Notes: generated by a model from the letters alone, not told the origin. Shown: positions 32,113 to 43,473, counted from the first letter of the stretch. The stretch: 64,000 nucleotides of DNA from Virgibacillus sp. (GCA_035302925.1 DATGSG010000123.1:11655-75654), one strand, 5' to 3'. Numbers and translations are program-made.

Positions 32113-33015
32113 TTACTTTGATACTGGTGCATCTGGTAATGGATCAATTGTATGACTTTCACTGTTAAACCAGCCAAAGAATACTCGACCAATCATTGTC
32201 CCATAAATAATGGTCGACAATGTCTGCATAATAATACCACCTAGTTGTTGATCATCCAACGTACTCATTGGCGAAAACATCTCGGCACCTGAAATTTTTG
32301 ATTCTAGACCGTCTAATACATCTCCTGGAACACATAAGCTCATCGCTTGAATCCAGGCGCCCTCAGAACTATATGCTTCGAATAATGGTGTAGATGCAAA
32401 TATAATCAAGACACAAGCCGGCGTAATTAAAGCCGCACCAGCAAATACATAACCAATTTTAAGTAGTGGAATGAGGCGATCATCTCCCCGAATCGGTCCG
32501 ACTACTGTCCACCACATCATGATCGCCGCAAATAAGATCACGATGGTGATCATGGCATGTACTGGCTGTGAAGACTTAGAAAAGTCAAAAACTGCTGGCA
32601 TATGATAGATCGAAAATAGGAGATTAAATACGATTAACCCTATGAGCGGTTTTGAAAGCAAGGCAAAGATGGGCTTAATAATAGGTGCATCAATTACTTT
32701 TCTCCATATCCAAACGGGTATCCCCTTGATTAGTAATATAGGATACACAAGGAATAAGATGGCCAATTGTGCCATATGAGCTGTTAGCATAATATGTGAT
32801 AATAAATCTATTGGCGACCCTTTTACAAGATAAAGGACAATAAGGCTCGTGTAAAAATAGATTTGTTGTTTACCCGTGACTTTTTCTCCCCCACCAAATT
32901 TATGACGGTATGGTCCGGTAATTAGATAATATACCAATGCAACTGCAAGTATAGATAAAATGAAATATGGACTCCATAAGGCTCGAAATCCAAATATTTG
33001 TATGTCCAACCACAT
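32113..33015 (-). CDS. ctaG: Cytochrome c oxidase assembly factor CtaG
   Basis: FGFRALWSP, KGSPIDLLSH, DQQLGGIIM. Confidence 0.92.
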   Translation of the reverse strand: MWLDIQIFGFRALWSPYFILSILAVALVYYLITGPYRHKFGGGEKVTGKQQIYFYTSLIVLYLVKGSPIDLLSHIMLTAHMAQLAILFLVYPILLIKGIPVWIWRKVIDAPIIKPIFALLSKPLIGLIVFNLLFSIYHMPAVFDFSKSSQPVHAMITIVILFAAIMMWWTVVGPIRGDDRLIPLLKIGYVFAGAALITPACVLIIFASTPLFEAYSSEGAWIQAMSLCVPGDVLDGLESKISGAEMFSPMSTLDDQQLGGIIMQTLSTIIYGTMIGRVFFGWFNSESHTIDPLPDAPVSK

Positions 33016-33147
33016 TATTTTTCACTCCATTAAAACGGATTCTAATCTTCATTATAACGTATTTAAAGTTAGATTAACATTTATTATGTGACAATTTTAG
33101 TAAACTTCTAGCCGATCACTAGCTAGCTTCTCCAAATACTCTACAAT

Positions 33148-33178
33148 AAAAAAGATCGGGAGCATGCTCCCGATCTTT
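33148..33178 (-). terminator. Terminator after ctaF
   Basis: 13-bp stem AAAGATCGGGAGC + T-run. Confidence 0.8.
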
Positions 33179-33196
33179 CAATTCCTCATTTGCCAC

Positions 33197-33520
33197 TTAC
33201 CACCATGAAATAATACCTAGTCCAGCAAGTATAAGTAACGCTCCCCATACTCCACCATACATTAATATAGCAGGTACCTCATGTCCCTTATCTTTCAGGT
33301 GCATGAAATAGTAGAACTGAAACCCAACTTGGACGATTGCCATAATAAGTAGTATAGGTATGGCATACATTTTGGGCACACTTCCTGTTGCAACTATTCC
33401 AAATGCTACAAGAGTTAAGACAATCATGAGCGCAAATGAAATGACCTGTTTCTTCATTTCATCTTTACTTTGTCTTTTTTCAAACAGATCCACTTTGCTC
33501 TTGCTCGTATTTTCAGTCAT
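33197..33520 (-). CDS. ctaF: Cytochrome caa3 oxidase subunit IV
   Basis: QFYYFMHLKDKGHE. Confidence 0.92.
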   Translation of the reverse strand: MTENTSKSKVDLFEKRQSKDEMKKQVISFALMIVLTLVAFGIVATGSVPKMYAIPILLIMAIVQVGFQFYYFMHLKDKGHEVPAILMYGGVWGALLILAGLGIISWW

Positions 33521-33523
33521 AAG

Positions 33524-34147
33524 TTAACCCACCTTTCCCATTAAATAAACAACAGTAAAGACGAATACCCAAATAACATCGATAAAGTGCCAGTATAGAC
33601 TAAATGTATTAAACTTAGGTGCGTTATATAAGTTTAAGCCACGTTTAGAATTTCGAACCATTAATGCGATTAACCAGCATATTCCAAAGGTCACGTGACC
33701 ACCGTGGAATCCAACTAATGCATAAAATGCTGAGCCAAATGCTGATGAACGGAAAGTAAAACCATAATCCGTAATATAGTGAGCAAACTCATATATTTCT
33801 AATCCAAGAAATCCAATTCCAAGAAGTGCCGTAACACCTAACCATAACTGCATTTTCTTGAAATCGTTGTTTCTCATATGATACATCGCATATACACTCG
33901 TTAATGAACTGGATAATAACAACACAGTCATTAAGAATACTAGCTCAAGACCAAACAACTCTTCAGCTGCTGGTCCTTTATTAACAGAATCTTTAAGTGC
34001 AAGATAGACTCCGAATAAACAAGCAAATAGTACTGTTTCTCCACCAAGGAAGAACCAAAACCCCATAAATTTATTCTTTCCCTCAAGAGTAGCCCTCTCT
34101 GGTTGATCTGGCATTGTTTCAGGGTTTAAGGAATGATCTTGACTCAT
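33524..34147 (-). CDS. ctaE: Cytochrome caa3 oxidase subunit III
   Basis: GFWFFLGGE, GFHGGHV, YWHFIDVIW. Confidence 0.95.
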   Translation of the reverse strand: MSQDHSLNPETMPDQPERATLEGKNKFMGFWFFLGGETVLFACLFGVYLALKDSVNKGPAAEELFGLELVFLMTVLLLSSSLTSVYAMYHMRNNDFKKMQLWLGVTALLGIGFLGLEIYEFAHYITDYGFTFRSSAFGSAFYALVGFHGGHVTFGICWLIALMVRNSKRGLNLYNAPKFNTFSLYWHFIDVIWVFVFTVVYLMGKVG

Positions 34148-34148
34148 A

Positions 34149-36014
34149 TTAGTCAGCCTCCCTTTCAAGTGCTTCTTCTAGTTCTTTTTTCGGCACATAA
34201 TATCCATGATCATCTTTAAGCGACCTTACGATCATACAACCAATTGCAAACGCCATACCACCGTATAAAGCGATATACCAAAGTGCGTTTCCAGTTTGAT
34301 ATATAAATCCAAGACCTGCAACAAAGAAACCAAAGGACATTAAGAACGGTAGAATTGAACCATTTGGCATATGAACATCATCTAAAGGTTCACCTGGTGC
34401 CATTTTCCCTTTACCTTCAGTCTTTTCGATCCACAATGGATCAAGGCCACGGACAAGTGGTAGTTGTTCGAAATTATAATAAGGTGGTGGTGATGATACT
34501 GCCCACTCTAATGTACGGCCATCCCATGGGTCAGCAGGTGCCGGATCACCTTTAACTGATGTGATAATAATGTTATACAGAAACACGATTACACCAAAGG
34601 CCATAAAGAAAGCACCGATCGTACTAATTACGTTCCCTAAATCCAATCCTTGATCTTCTAAGAATACCCAATATCTACGTGGCATTCCCATCAATCCCAG
34701 GAAATGTTGAATAAAGAATGTCAGATGGAATCCAATGAAGAATGTCCAGAATGTAATTTTTCCAAGACCTTCATACAAGATTTTACCGAACAACTTCGGC
34801 CACCAATAATGTAGCGCAGCAAAGATACCAAAGATCGTACCACCCACAATAACATAGTGGAAATGCGCAACAACAAAGTACGTATCATGATACTGATAAT
34901 CGGCAACGTTTGAACCTAGCATAACTCCAGTCATTCCACCAATTGTGAATGTTGGAATAAAACCAAGTGCCCATAACATCGCGGAGTTAATTGTAATGCT
35001 TCCGCCCCACATCGTTGCTAACCAGTTAAATATTTTAATACCTGTTGGTACAGCTATCGCCATTGTAGCAACAGCGAATATTGAGTTTGCAACTGGACCT
35101 AATCCAACTGTAAACATATGGTGAGCCCAGACCATGAATCCTAAAAAGGCAATTAACATCGTAGCAAACACCATTGCTGTATAACCAAATAAGCGTTTCT
35201 TAGAAAATGTTGAAAATACATCACTAAACAAACCGAATAGCGGTAAGATCAATATATAAACCTCTGGATGTCCAAAGATCCAAAATAAATGTTGATAAAT
35301 AATTGTATTTCCACCCGCAGCAACATCAAAGAACGCGGAATCGAACATTCGATCAAACATTAATAAGAATAAGTTAATCGTTAGTGCCGGGAATGCGAAC
35401 AAAATCAATACACTTGTAATAAGTGTTGCCCAACTAAATAAAGGCATACGTAAATAAGTCATCCCAGGTGCACGCATATTCACGATTGTGGCAATAAAGT
35501 TAATTCCACCCATCAGTGTTCCAGCACCCGCAATTTGTAGACCTAATACATAAAAGTCAACCCCATGCCCAGTTGAATTCATGGCTAATGATGCGTAGGA
35601 TGTCCATCCCGCATCAGGTGCCCCACCTAAAAACCAACTTAGGTTTAATAGAATTCCACCAAAGATAAATAACCATAGACCTAATGAGTTTAAAAACGGA
35701 AATGCAACATCTCGTGCACCTATTTGCAAGGGCATAATGGCGTTCATTAACCCTATCAGTATCGGCATTCCCGCAAGAAATATCATTGTTGTACCATGCA
35801 TCGTGATCATTTCGTTAAAGAAACCTGCTGTGACAAAGTCATTTTCAGGCTTTATTAATTGTATCCGAATAATCATTGCTTCTATTCCACCAAGCAAGAA
35901 AAAGAACCCACCGCCACCTAAGTACAATTTCCCTATCTTTTTATGGTCAACTGTAGTTAAGTAATCCCATAACGCGGCTCCAAATCCTTTCTTTCCTGTA
36001 GCTGCTACATCCAT
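34149..36014 (-). CDS. ctaD: Cytochrome caa3 oxidase subunit I
   Basis: GHPEVY, WAHHMF, AHFHYV. Confidence 0.97.
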   Translation of the reverse strand: MDVAATGKKGFGAALWDYLTTVDHKKIGKLYLGGGGFFFLLGGIEAMIIRIQLIKPENDFVTAGFFNEMITMHGTTMIFLAGMPILIGLMNAIMPLQIGARDVAFPFLNSLGLWLFIFGGILLNLSWFLGGAPDAGWTSYASLAMNSTGHGVDFYVLGLQIAGAGTLMGGINFIATIVNMRAPGMTYLRMPLFSWATLITSVLILFAFPALTINLFLLMFDRMFDSAFFDVAAGGNTIIYQHLFWIFGHPEVYILILPLFGLFSDVFSTFSKKRLFGYTAMVFATMLIAFLGFMVWAHHMFTVGLGPVANSIFAVATMAIAVPTGIKIFNWLATMWGGSITINSAMLWALGFIPTFTIGGMTGVMLGSNVADYQYHDTYFVVAHFHYVIVGGTIFGIFAALHYWWPKLFGKILYEGLGKITFWTFFIGFHLTFFIQHFLGLMGMPRRYWVFLEDQGLDLGNVISTIGAFFMAFGVIVFLYNIIITSVKGDPAPADPWDGRTLEWAVSSPPPYYNFEQLPLVRGLDPLWIEKTEGKGKMAPGEPLDDVHMPNGSILPFLMSFGFFVAGLGFIYQTGNALWYIALYGGMAFAIGCMIVRSLKDDHGYYVPKKELEEALEREAD

Positions 36015-36075
36015 GACTTATACCTCCTTATAACATCTTCCACACTATAAAACCTAGAATCTTTTTTAGTTTTCA

Positions 36076-37149
36076 TTATTTTCCAGCACTTTCTGGTGTT
36101 ACTTCAGATGGCTGTAACTGCATTAAATACTCTGCAATTTTATCTGCCTCTTCTTCTGAAAGTTCTGGATACATGCCTGTCATTTTGTTTCCTGGTTTAA
36201 TTTCTTCAGGATCCATAATCCAATCAACTAAATTTTCTTTAGTTGGTAATAAAATACCTGCAAATCTTGAACGATCACCAAAGGCTGTCAAATCTGGTCC
36301 CACTGGCACATCACGTTCTTTATTATATCCATCCGTATTTCCGATCGCATGACAGCTCATACAACTGTTCTCATCGAATAACTCTTTACCATCCTGAGCG
36401 ACTGCATCTTTCGGTGTTTCTTCCGGATCTACATTTTGAATATCTGTAACCCACTGTTCATATTCTTCTTCACTCACTACAACAACTTTGAAATCCATGA
36501 GTGAATGTGAAGGTCCACATAGTTCAGCACATTTACCATAGAATACGCCTTCCTCATGAGCTTCAATAAACATTGTGTTTACGTTTTCCGGGTTTACGTC
36601 TAACTTACCACTAATACTTGGTACCCAGAATGAATGTAGAACGTCATTTGACTTTAAGTTTACATATACTTTTGTGTCAACAGGAATGTACATATCCTGA
36701 CTCATTTCAATCTCTTCACCTTGATAGTCAAAATGCCACCAATATTGATTACCTGTTACCTCAATGTTGATATGCTCATCACTGTCTGACGCATCAGCAA
36801 GATCAAATGTGGCGATGACTGTAGGTACTGCCATGATCACTACTAAAATGATAGGAATAATTGTCCACACAGTTTCAAGTGTTTTATTCCCTTCAACTTG
36901 TACGGGTATGTAATCTTCTTCGCCTTTCTTTTTACGGAAACGAATTAATACAATAACATAAACGATCATGACCGCAATAAATACAAACGACATGACAACG
37001 GTCGTTAATATGATCAAATACATAGATGAATCCGCCCCATACCCCTTCGGGACAAGTGCAGTTAGATTCTCTCTACCACAACCAGATAACACGAGCATTA
37101 ACAACCCTAAAAGAAATACCGATTTTAATTTACCTATCTTATTTCTCAT
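36076..37149 (-). CDS. ctaC: Cytochrome caa3 oxidase subunit II (with cytochrome c domain)
   Basis: Lipobox LSGC, CuA motif CAELCGPSH, heme c motif CMSCH. Confidence 0.96.
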   Translation of the reverse strand: MRNKIGKLKSVFLLGLLMLVLSGCGRENLTALVPKGYGADSSMYLIILTTVVMSFVFIAVMIVYVIVLIRFRKKKGEEDYIPVQVEGNKTLETVWTIIPIILVVIMAVPTVIATFDLADASDSDEHINIEVTGNQYWWHFDYQGEEIEMSQDMYIPVDTKVYVNLKSNDVLHSFWVPSISGKLDVNPENVNTMFIEAHEEGVFYGKCAELCGPSHSLMDFKVVVVSEEEYEQWVTDIQNVDPEETPKDAVAQDGKELFDENSCMSCHAIGNTDGYNKERDVPVGPDLTAFGDRSRFAGILLPTKENLVDWIMDPEEIKPGNKMTGMYPELSEEEADKIAEYLMQLQPSEVTPESAGK

Positions 37150-37699
37150 ATCTGTGCATACCTCTCTTTCTCTTTATAACTTCCTTTTATTTTTTAAAAT
37201 AATTAAGGACAATACGAATTGTATTACTATTGATCTTTTTTAAAATTCACATTGCAAGTTTAGTTATCATTCTAATCACAGTACATGACTATTTGTAATA
37301 GACAATGTGTGGAGCAACTGCTTCCAGGTTAAAACACGGTGTAAGAGTTCCCCCTTTCATGTTGAAGTAAAATATACAGTTGTGAATCCCTTCCTAAAAG
37401 TAACTGGATAATTGCTGATCCTTACTAAATTGTAGCATGCTTGTGCTTTACAATCTATTATCTTCACATGCTCCACTCCTTTTTACTCTAATTAAAATAG
37501 GATGACAGGAGCATGTCAGAATAAGCTCGTAACGCAATTAGTATCCATCTTCGTTCATCATAATATGTGAATACGTTAGGAAGTAAATAAACTTTGTATG
37601 AAGTTTAGTAAAACTCCTCTACACTATTTTTAACAAATAAGCGGATATAATGCAAGGTTATTCACTTAAGGAACGTGTTAATGGTTAAAATCCTCTCGT

Positions 37700-37717
37700 T
37701 TGTAACAAACTTGTGAC
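37700..37717. promoter_or_regulatory. Possible ResD-type direct repeat in the ctaA/ctaC divergent region
   Basis: TTGTAAC / TTGTGAC at 11-bp spacing; ctaA is ResD-regulated in B. subtilis. Confidence 0.4.
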
Positions 37718-37840
37718 ATTTATTAAGTTTAACCTCATTTAATTGCTTTATCCAATGAAAAAACTTTATGATTAATGTATTCTTATTCTTGACCATTGAA
37801 ATAAGCTACAAATTATTAAAAGATGAAGTGAGGCAATATC

Positions 37841-38752
37841 ATGTTAAAAACGTTAAAATCACTTTCCGTTGTTTCCACGATCGGTATGTTATTCATATTA
37901 CTTGGTGGAGCATTGGTTACGAAGACTGGTTCAGGGGCTGGTTGTGGAGAGAGTTGGCCATTATGTAATGGACAATTATTTCCTACGGATATTACCCCCG
38001 AACTCATTATTGAATATAGTCACAGACTCGTCTCCTCCGTTATGGGTGTTACAGTGTTCGCACTCGGTATATTGGCTTGGAGATTTGTCGGTCATGTTCG
38101 CGAAGTAAAATTTCTATCTTTCTTATCAATCTTTTTTCTTATTCTTCAAGGATTAATTGGAGCAGCGGCTGTAAAATGGGGACAATCTGATTTTGTACTT
38201 GCTGCGCATTTCGGTATTTCACTTGTTTCCTTTGCAGCTGTATTCTTGCTCACATTACTCATTTTTGAAATCGATCAGAAATTCGATACAAAGCAACTCA
38301 TTATTCATAAGAAACATCGAATTGAGATCTATTTATTAACCGTTTATACGATCATCGTCGTTTATACAGGTGCACTCGTACGGCATACGAATTCAAATCT
38401 CGTCTGTAAAGATTGGCCATTTTGCAATAATGGTTCACCACTCGCCTTTGCAAATTACGACTTTTACCAATGGATTCAGATGGGGCACCGATTAGCAGCT
38501 GGTCTTTTATTCATATGGACAGTCATATTCTTTGTTAAAGTCTTTCGATCATACCGTAATAATCAAATGATGGTCTGGGGTTGGACAATTATCCTAGTGT
38601 TGATCACTTTACAAGTATTCTTCGGTGCCATGATTATATTCACTGCATTAAATTTAGGTGTTGCATTACTGCACGCTCTTATTATTACGTGTTACTTCGG
38701 TATGCTAAGCTACTATATACTTCTATCTTCTCGAAGTACAAAACAATTATAA
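37841..38752 (+). CDS. ctaA: Heme A synthase
   Basis: GCGESWPLCNG, IEYSHR, CKDWPFC, QMGHR. Confidence 0.95.
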   Translation: MLKTLKSLSVVSTIGMLFILLGGALVTKTGSGAGCGESWPLCNGQLFPTDITPELIIEYSHRLVSSVMGVTVFALGILAWRFVGHVREVKFLSFLSIFFLILQGLIGAAAVKWGQSDFVLAAHFGISLVSFAAVFLLTLLIFEIDQKFDTKQLIIHKKHRIEIYLLTVYTIIVVYTGALVRHTNSNLVCKDWPFCNNGSPLAFANYDFYQWIQMGHRLAAGLLFIWTVIFFVKVFRSYRNNQMMVWGWTIILVLITLQVFFGAMIIFTALNLGVALLHALIITCYFGMLSYYILLSSRSTKQL

Positions 38753-38774
38753 ACGGTACGACACTTATTTCTCT

Positions 38775-38822
38775 AAAAAATAGCCGGTCATAAAACATGA
38801 TGTTTTATGACCGGCTATATTT
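38775..38822. terminator. Bidirectional terminator ctaA/pyc
   Basis: 19-bp perfect inverted repeat ATAGCCGGTCATAAAACAT. Confidence 0.85.
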
Positions 38823-38848
38823 ATGACACATAATGTTCTTGCATGATT

Positions 38849-41800
38849 TTATTCGAATTCAACCAGCAAATCGTTGATTGAAATGGGTTCGCCACTTTCC
38901 ACGAAGACATCCTTAATGACACCTGTAAAAGGAGCTTGTACAGTAGTTTCCATTTTCATCGCTTCAGTGATTAATAAATAATCACCTTTATTAACTTTTT
39001 GGCCCTTTTTACAAATTGCCTCTACAACTGTACCGGGCATTGTTGCACCAATGTGTTTGCCATTTTCAGGATCTGCCTTCGGTATTGTTGCTAACTGTGT
39101 ATCAACTTGCTTATCTTTTATAACAATCTCTCTTGGCTGTCCATTTAATTCAAAATAAACGACTCGAGTTCCATCCAATTTAGGTTTCGAAATCGATACG
39201 AGTTGAATAAATAATGTTTTACCTTTCTCGATTTCAACTTCAATTTGTTCACCTAACTTCATTCCATAAAAGAATGTTGGCGTATCGAGTACAGATACAT
39301 TGGCATACTCTTGATAGAAGTCGTGGTAATCCATGAAAACCTTTGGATATAATGTGTATGAAATTAAATCGAAGCTCGTAATTTGACGATCAAGCTTTTT
39401 AAACAGCGTTTGTTTCAACTCATTGAAATCGACGGGATCGAGTAATTGTCCCGGTCTCACCTTAATAGGTTCCTTCCCTTTTAAAATAATCCTTTGTAGT
39501 TCTTCTGGAAATCCTTGATAAGGTTGTCCAAGCATTCCTTGGGCAAACTCAATCACCGAGTCAGGGAAATCAATTGTTTTGCCACGCTCATAAACATCGT
39601 CTTCAGTAAGGTCGTTTTGAACCATAAATAACGCCATATCTCCAACAACTTTTGATGATGGTGTAACTTTAATAATATTCCCAAACATCTCATTTACCTG
39701 AGTGTACATCGATTTGACTTCATCCCAACGATCTCCTAAACCAACTGCTTTAGACTGTTGTTGTAAATTACTGAATTGCCCACCTGGCATTTCATGTTGA
39801 TAAATTTCCGTATGTGGGGATTTTAGTCCACTTTCAAAGTCTTGATAATAGTTTCTGACACCTTCCCAATAATGGGATAATTCTTCATAGGCATCAATAT
39901 CCATTTTCGGTCTATGTGCCTTACCATCTAAGGCATGGTAGAGTGATTGTGCACTTGGTTGTGATGTTGACCCTGCCATCGGCCCGCTTGCAACATCAAC
40001 TGCATCGACACCTGCATCAATCGCACGTGCATACGTATAGATACCATTACCACTTGTATCATGTGTGTGCAGGTGAATCGGTAAGTCTACCGTCTCTTTC
40101 AAGCTTGAGACTAATTGATAGGCTGCTTCTGGTTTCAATAATCCACCCATATCTTTAATCCCTAGAATATGTGCACCAGAATGCTCAAGTTCTTTGGCAA
40201 GTTTTTGATAATACGCTAAATTGTATTTTGTTTCATTTGGATCAAGTATGTTTCCCGTATAACAAATTGCTGCTTCAGCAATCTTATTATTATCTCTCAC
40301 ATCTCGAATCGCAGGAACCATTCCTTCAACCCAGTTTAAACTGTCAAAAATACGGAATAGATCAATTCCGGCATCTGAACTTTCTTTAATGAATTCCGTA
40401 TTTAAGTTATCAGGATAGTTTTTGTAGCCAACTGCGTTACTCGCACGTAACAGCATTTGGAATAAAACATTAGGCATCTTCTGACGTAATTTCATTAATC
40501 GTTCCCACGGGTCTTCTTTCAAGAAACGATATGCCACATCAAATGTTGCACCGCCCCACATCTCTACTGAAAATAAATCAGGTAAGAGTCGTGATGTTTC
40601 TTCGGCAATTTTCAGCATATCTTTTGTCCGTAATCTCGTTGCAAGTAACGATTGATGTGCATCACGGAATGTTGTATCTGTCAACATGACTTCATTTTTT
40701 TCCTTCAACCATTTAGCTAAGCCCTCAGGTCCGTATTGATCTAAAATTTGTTTGGATCCATTTGGTATCTCATCAAGTAACGAGACTTTTGGTACAATCG
40801 CTTTGTCTAAAACCGGCTTTTCTCTCATCGCTTTTCCATCAAATCCGTTTACTGTCACTTCACCAATATAGGATAACATCTTTGTTCCACGGTCTTGTCG
40901 TTTAGGAAACACGAATAATTCTGGAGTTTGATCAATAAATGTCGTGCTATATTCTCCACTCATAAAATCCTTATGTTTAATAACATTTTCCAAAAATGGA
41001 ATATTTGTCTTTAATCCACGTATTCTAAATTCCTTTAGATTACGCCCCATTTTTTGAGCTGCTTGTTCAAAGGTTAAAGCCCATGTAGACAATTTAACGA
41101 GTAATGAATCATAATGTGGCGATATGACAGCGCCTTGGAATCCATTTCCAGCATCAAGTCTGACACCAAAACCACCACCTGTACGGTATACCATTATTTT
41201 TCCTGTGTCTGGCATAAAGTCATTTAATGGGTCTTCCGTCGTTACACGTGATTGAATAGCATAGCCTAGTGTGAAAATCTCACTTTGTTCTGGTATTCCG
41301 ATCGATTGATCATGCATATTTTGTCCATCGGCTATCTTAATTTGCGTTTGTACAATGTCTACACCAGTGATCATTTCAGTAATCGTATGTTCGACCTGAA
41401 CACGTGGATTCACTTCAATAAAATAAAACTCCTGATCATCTGTAACTAAAAACTCAACAGTTCCAGCGTTCACATACTCTACATTTTTCATTAACTTAAC
41501 CGCTGCCTCGCACATTTCTAGACGAAACTCTTCTGGTAAAGATACACTAGGCGCTGTTTCAACAACCTTCTGATGTCTTCTTTGGACAGAACAATCTCGC
41601 TCGAACAAATGAATCACATTACCATGTTCATCACCAATCACTTGTATTTCTATATGTTTTGGGTTTTCAATTAATTTTTCTACATAAACTTCATCATTAC
41701 CAAAAGCTGCTTTTGCTTCTGATTTTGCACGGTTATACGATTCCGTTAGTTCCTTCTCTTCACGGACGATCCTCATGCCACGCCCGCCACCACCTAGTGA

Positions 41801-42295
41801 AGCTTTAATAATAATCGGATAGCCATTTGTTTTTCCAAATTCACGTACTTCTTCTACGGAATTTACAGGCCCATCAGTACCCGGAATTACTGGTAATCCA
41901 GCACTTGTTGCTTGTGTTCTAGCTTTTACTTTATCTCCGAACACATTTAAGTGCTCACTAGTAGGACCGATAAAGATAATTCCTTCTTCCTCACAACGTT
42001 GTGCAAATAAGATGTTTTCGGACAGAAATCCATAACCAGGATGAATGGCGTCAACACCTACACTTTTTGCAAGTTCAATGATCCCTTCGATGTCTAAATA
42101 AGCATCAATCGGTTTCTTTCCTTCACCAATTAAATATGCTTCATCTGCTTTGTAACGGTGATATGAACTTGAATCTTCATTTGAATAAACGGCAACGGTT
42201 CGAATATTAAGTTCCGTACATGCACGGAATACCCGAATCGCGATTTCGCCCCGATTTGCTACTAAGACCTTATTGATTTTATTTAACTTGACCAT
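38849..42295 (-). CDS. pyc: Pyruvate carboxylase
   Basis: ANRGEIA, RDAHQSL, HLHTHD, EAMKM; 1148 aa. Confidence 0.98.
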   Translation of the reverse strand: MVKLNKINKVLVANRGEIAIRVFRACTELNIRTVAVYSNEDSSSYHRYKADEAYLIGEGKKPIDAYLDIEGIIELAKSVGVDAIHPGYGFLSENILFAQRCEEEGIIFIGPTSEHLNVFGDKVKARTQATSAGLPVIPGTDGPVNSVEEVREFGKTNGYPIIIKASLGGGGRGMRIVREEKELTESYNRAKSEAKAAFGNDEVYVEKLIENPKHIEIQVIGDEHGNVIHLFERDCSVQRRHQKVVETAPSVSLPEEFRLEMCEAAVKLMKNVEYVNAGTVEFLVTDDQEFYFIEVNPRVQVEHTITEMITGVDIVQTQIKIADGQNMHDQSIGIPEQSEIFTLGYAIQSRVTTEDPLNDFMPDTGKIMVYRTGGGFGVRLDAGNGFQGAVISPHYDSLLVKLSTWALTFEQAAQKMGRNLKEFRIRGLKTNIPFLENVIKHKDFMSGEYSTTFIDQTPELFVFPKRQDRGTKMLSYIGEVTVNGFDGKAMREKPVLDKAIVPKVSLLDEIPNGSKQILDQYGPEGLAKWLKEKNEVMLTDTTFRDAHQSLLATRLRTKDMLKIAEETSRLLPDLFSVEMWGGATFDVAYRFLKEDPWERLMKLRQKMPNVLFQMLLRASNAVGYKNYPDNLNTEFIKESSDAGIDLFRIFDSLNWVEGMVPAIRDVRDNNKIAEAAICYTGNILDPNETKYNLAYYQKLAKELEHSGAHILGIKDMGGLLKPEAAYQLVSSLKETVDLPIHLHTHDTSGNGIYTYARAIDAGVDAVDVASGPMAGSTSQPSAQSLYHALDGKAHRPKMDIDAYEELSHYWEGVRNYYQDFESGLKSPHTEIYQHEMPGGQFSNLQQQSKAVGLGDRWDEVKSMYTQVNEMFGNIIKVTPSSKVVGDMALFMVQNDLTEDDVYERGKTIDFPDSVIEFAQGMLGQPYQGFPEELQRIILKGKEPIKVRPGQLLDPVDFNELKQTLFKKLDRQITSFDLISYTLYPKVFMDYHDFYQEYANVSVLDTPTFFYGMKLGEQIEVEIEKGKTLFIQLVSISKPKLDGTRVVYFELNGQPREIVIKDKQVDTQLATIPKADPENGKHIGATMPGTVVEAICKKGQKVNKGDYLLITEAMKMETTVQAPFTGVIKDVFVESGEPISINDLLVEFE

Positions 42296-43473
42296 GATCT
42301 TCCCCCTACATTCTTAAATTCTCTATTTTGAGTTCTATGTGTTGGTTCTTCTCGCACTGGTTGCTGTTTCTTTTTCTTAACGGACATGGCGATGTTATTT
42401 AGAATCCCCATTGATAACATTAATACTAACAACGAAGACCCGCCATAACTGAGGAATGGTAATGGGATACCCGTAATTGGTAGTACACCACTAATAGCAC
42501 CCATATTGATTATCGCTTGGATCCCGATCATTGACGATATCCCTATTGCTATTAGAGATCCAAAACTATCTTCACATTCTCTAGCAATATAAAAACCCCT
42601 CAGAACAATGATCATTAACATCCCGACCACGATAATTAAACCTACAAGACCTAATTCTTCAGTGATAACAGACATAATGAAGTCGGTGTGAGCTCCCCAA
42701 AGATAACCTAATTTCTGTACACTTTGCCCGAGCCCCTCACCTGTTAATCCACCAACGCCGATTGCTAAATACGATTGAATTAAGTGATATCCACCTGTTT
42801 CAGGCGTTGCGAAGGGTTCATAGGCCCCCGTAAAACGAGCAACCCTTACATCTGTTATCATACTAGGAATTGTTATAACAAATAAGGTAACACTGATCGC
42901 AATTAAAATAAAGAGATGTTTAAAATGAATCCCTGAGCTAAAGATAATTGCACAGGCAAACAAAAAGATGATGGCAGCAGTCCCGATATCAGGTTGTAAT
43001 AAGATAAGCCCTAGAATAAAACCCGTTAAGACAAGTGGTGGTAAGACTGCTGTTGAAAACTGAGTAATATATTCCTGCTTCTTAGAATAAACGGAAGCAA
43101 GGTATAAAATCAACCCTAATTTAATGAATTCAGACGGTTGGATGCTGATTGATCCGAATAGAGTTATTGATCTTGTCGCATTATTTGCCTCTTCTCCGAA
43201 AAAAAGAACACCTATAAGAAGAAGGATGCTAAAAAGAACAATCATTTTAATCATCTTTTGATAATGTCGGTATGGAAATACACAACAAAATACAAAACCA
43301 ATTAACCCAATAATAAACCATTGCAATTGTTTGAATAAATAATATGTACTCCCCAACCCCTCAACAACAGCGGCAACCATACTAGCACTGTAAATCATAA
43401 CAATGCCGAATGCTGCTAATAGAATCGGGGTAATGATTAACGTGAAATCATAATCTTTCATTCTCTCTATCAT
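42283..43473 (-). CDS. ftsW: SEDS protein FtsW (YlaO)
   Basis: IQPSEF, QPDIGT, HTDFI, PFLSYGGSS; upstream of pyc. Confidence 0.92.
   Translation of the reverse strand: MIERMKDYDFTLIITPILLAAFGIVMIYSASMVAAVVEGLGSTYYLFKQLQWFIIGLIGFVFCCVFPYRHYQKMIKMIVLFSILLLIGVLFFGEEANNATRSITLFGSISIQPSEFIKLGLILYLASVYSKKQEYITQFSTAVLPPLVLTGFILGLILLQPDIGTAAIIFLFACAIIFSSGIHFKHLFILIAISVTLFVITIPSMITDVRVARFTGAYEPFATPETGGYHLIQSYLAIGVGGLTGEGLGQSVQKLGYLWGAHTDFIMSVITEELGLVGLIIVVGMLMIIVLRGFYIARECEDSFGSLIAIGISSMIGIQAIINMGAISGVLPITGIPLPFLSYGGSSLLVLMLSMGILNNIAMSVKKKKQQPVREEPTHRTQNREFKNVGGRSWSS

Noticed and set aside
37357-37467. 36-aa GTG ORF (MKIIDCKAQACYNL...) upstream of ctaC
   Set aside because: It overlaps the likely ctaC promoter and shows no recognisable similarity to CtaB or any family; the RBS-like tract alone is insufficient.
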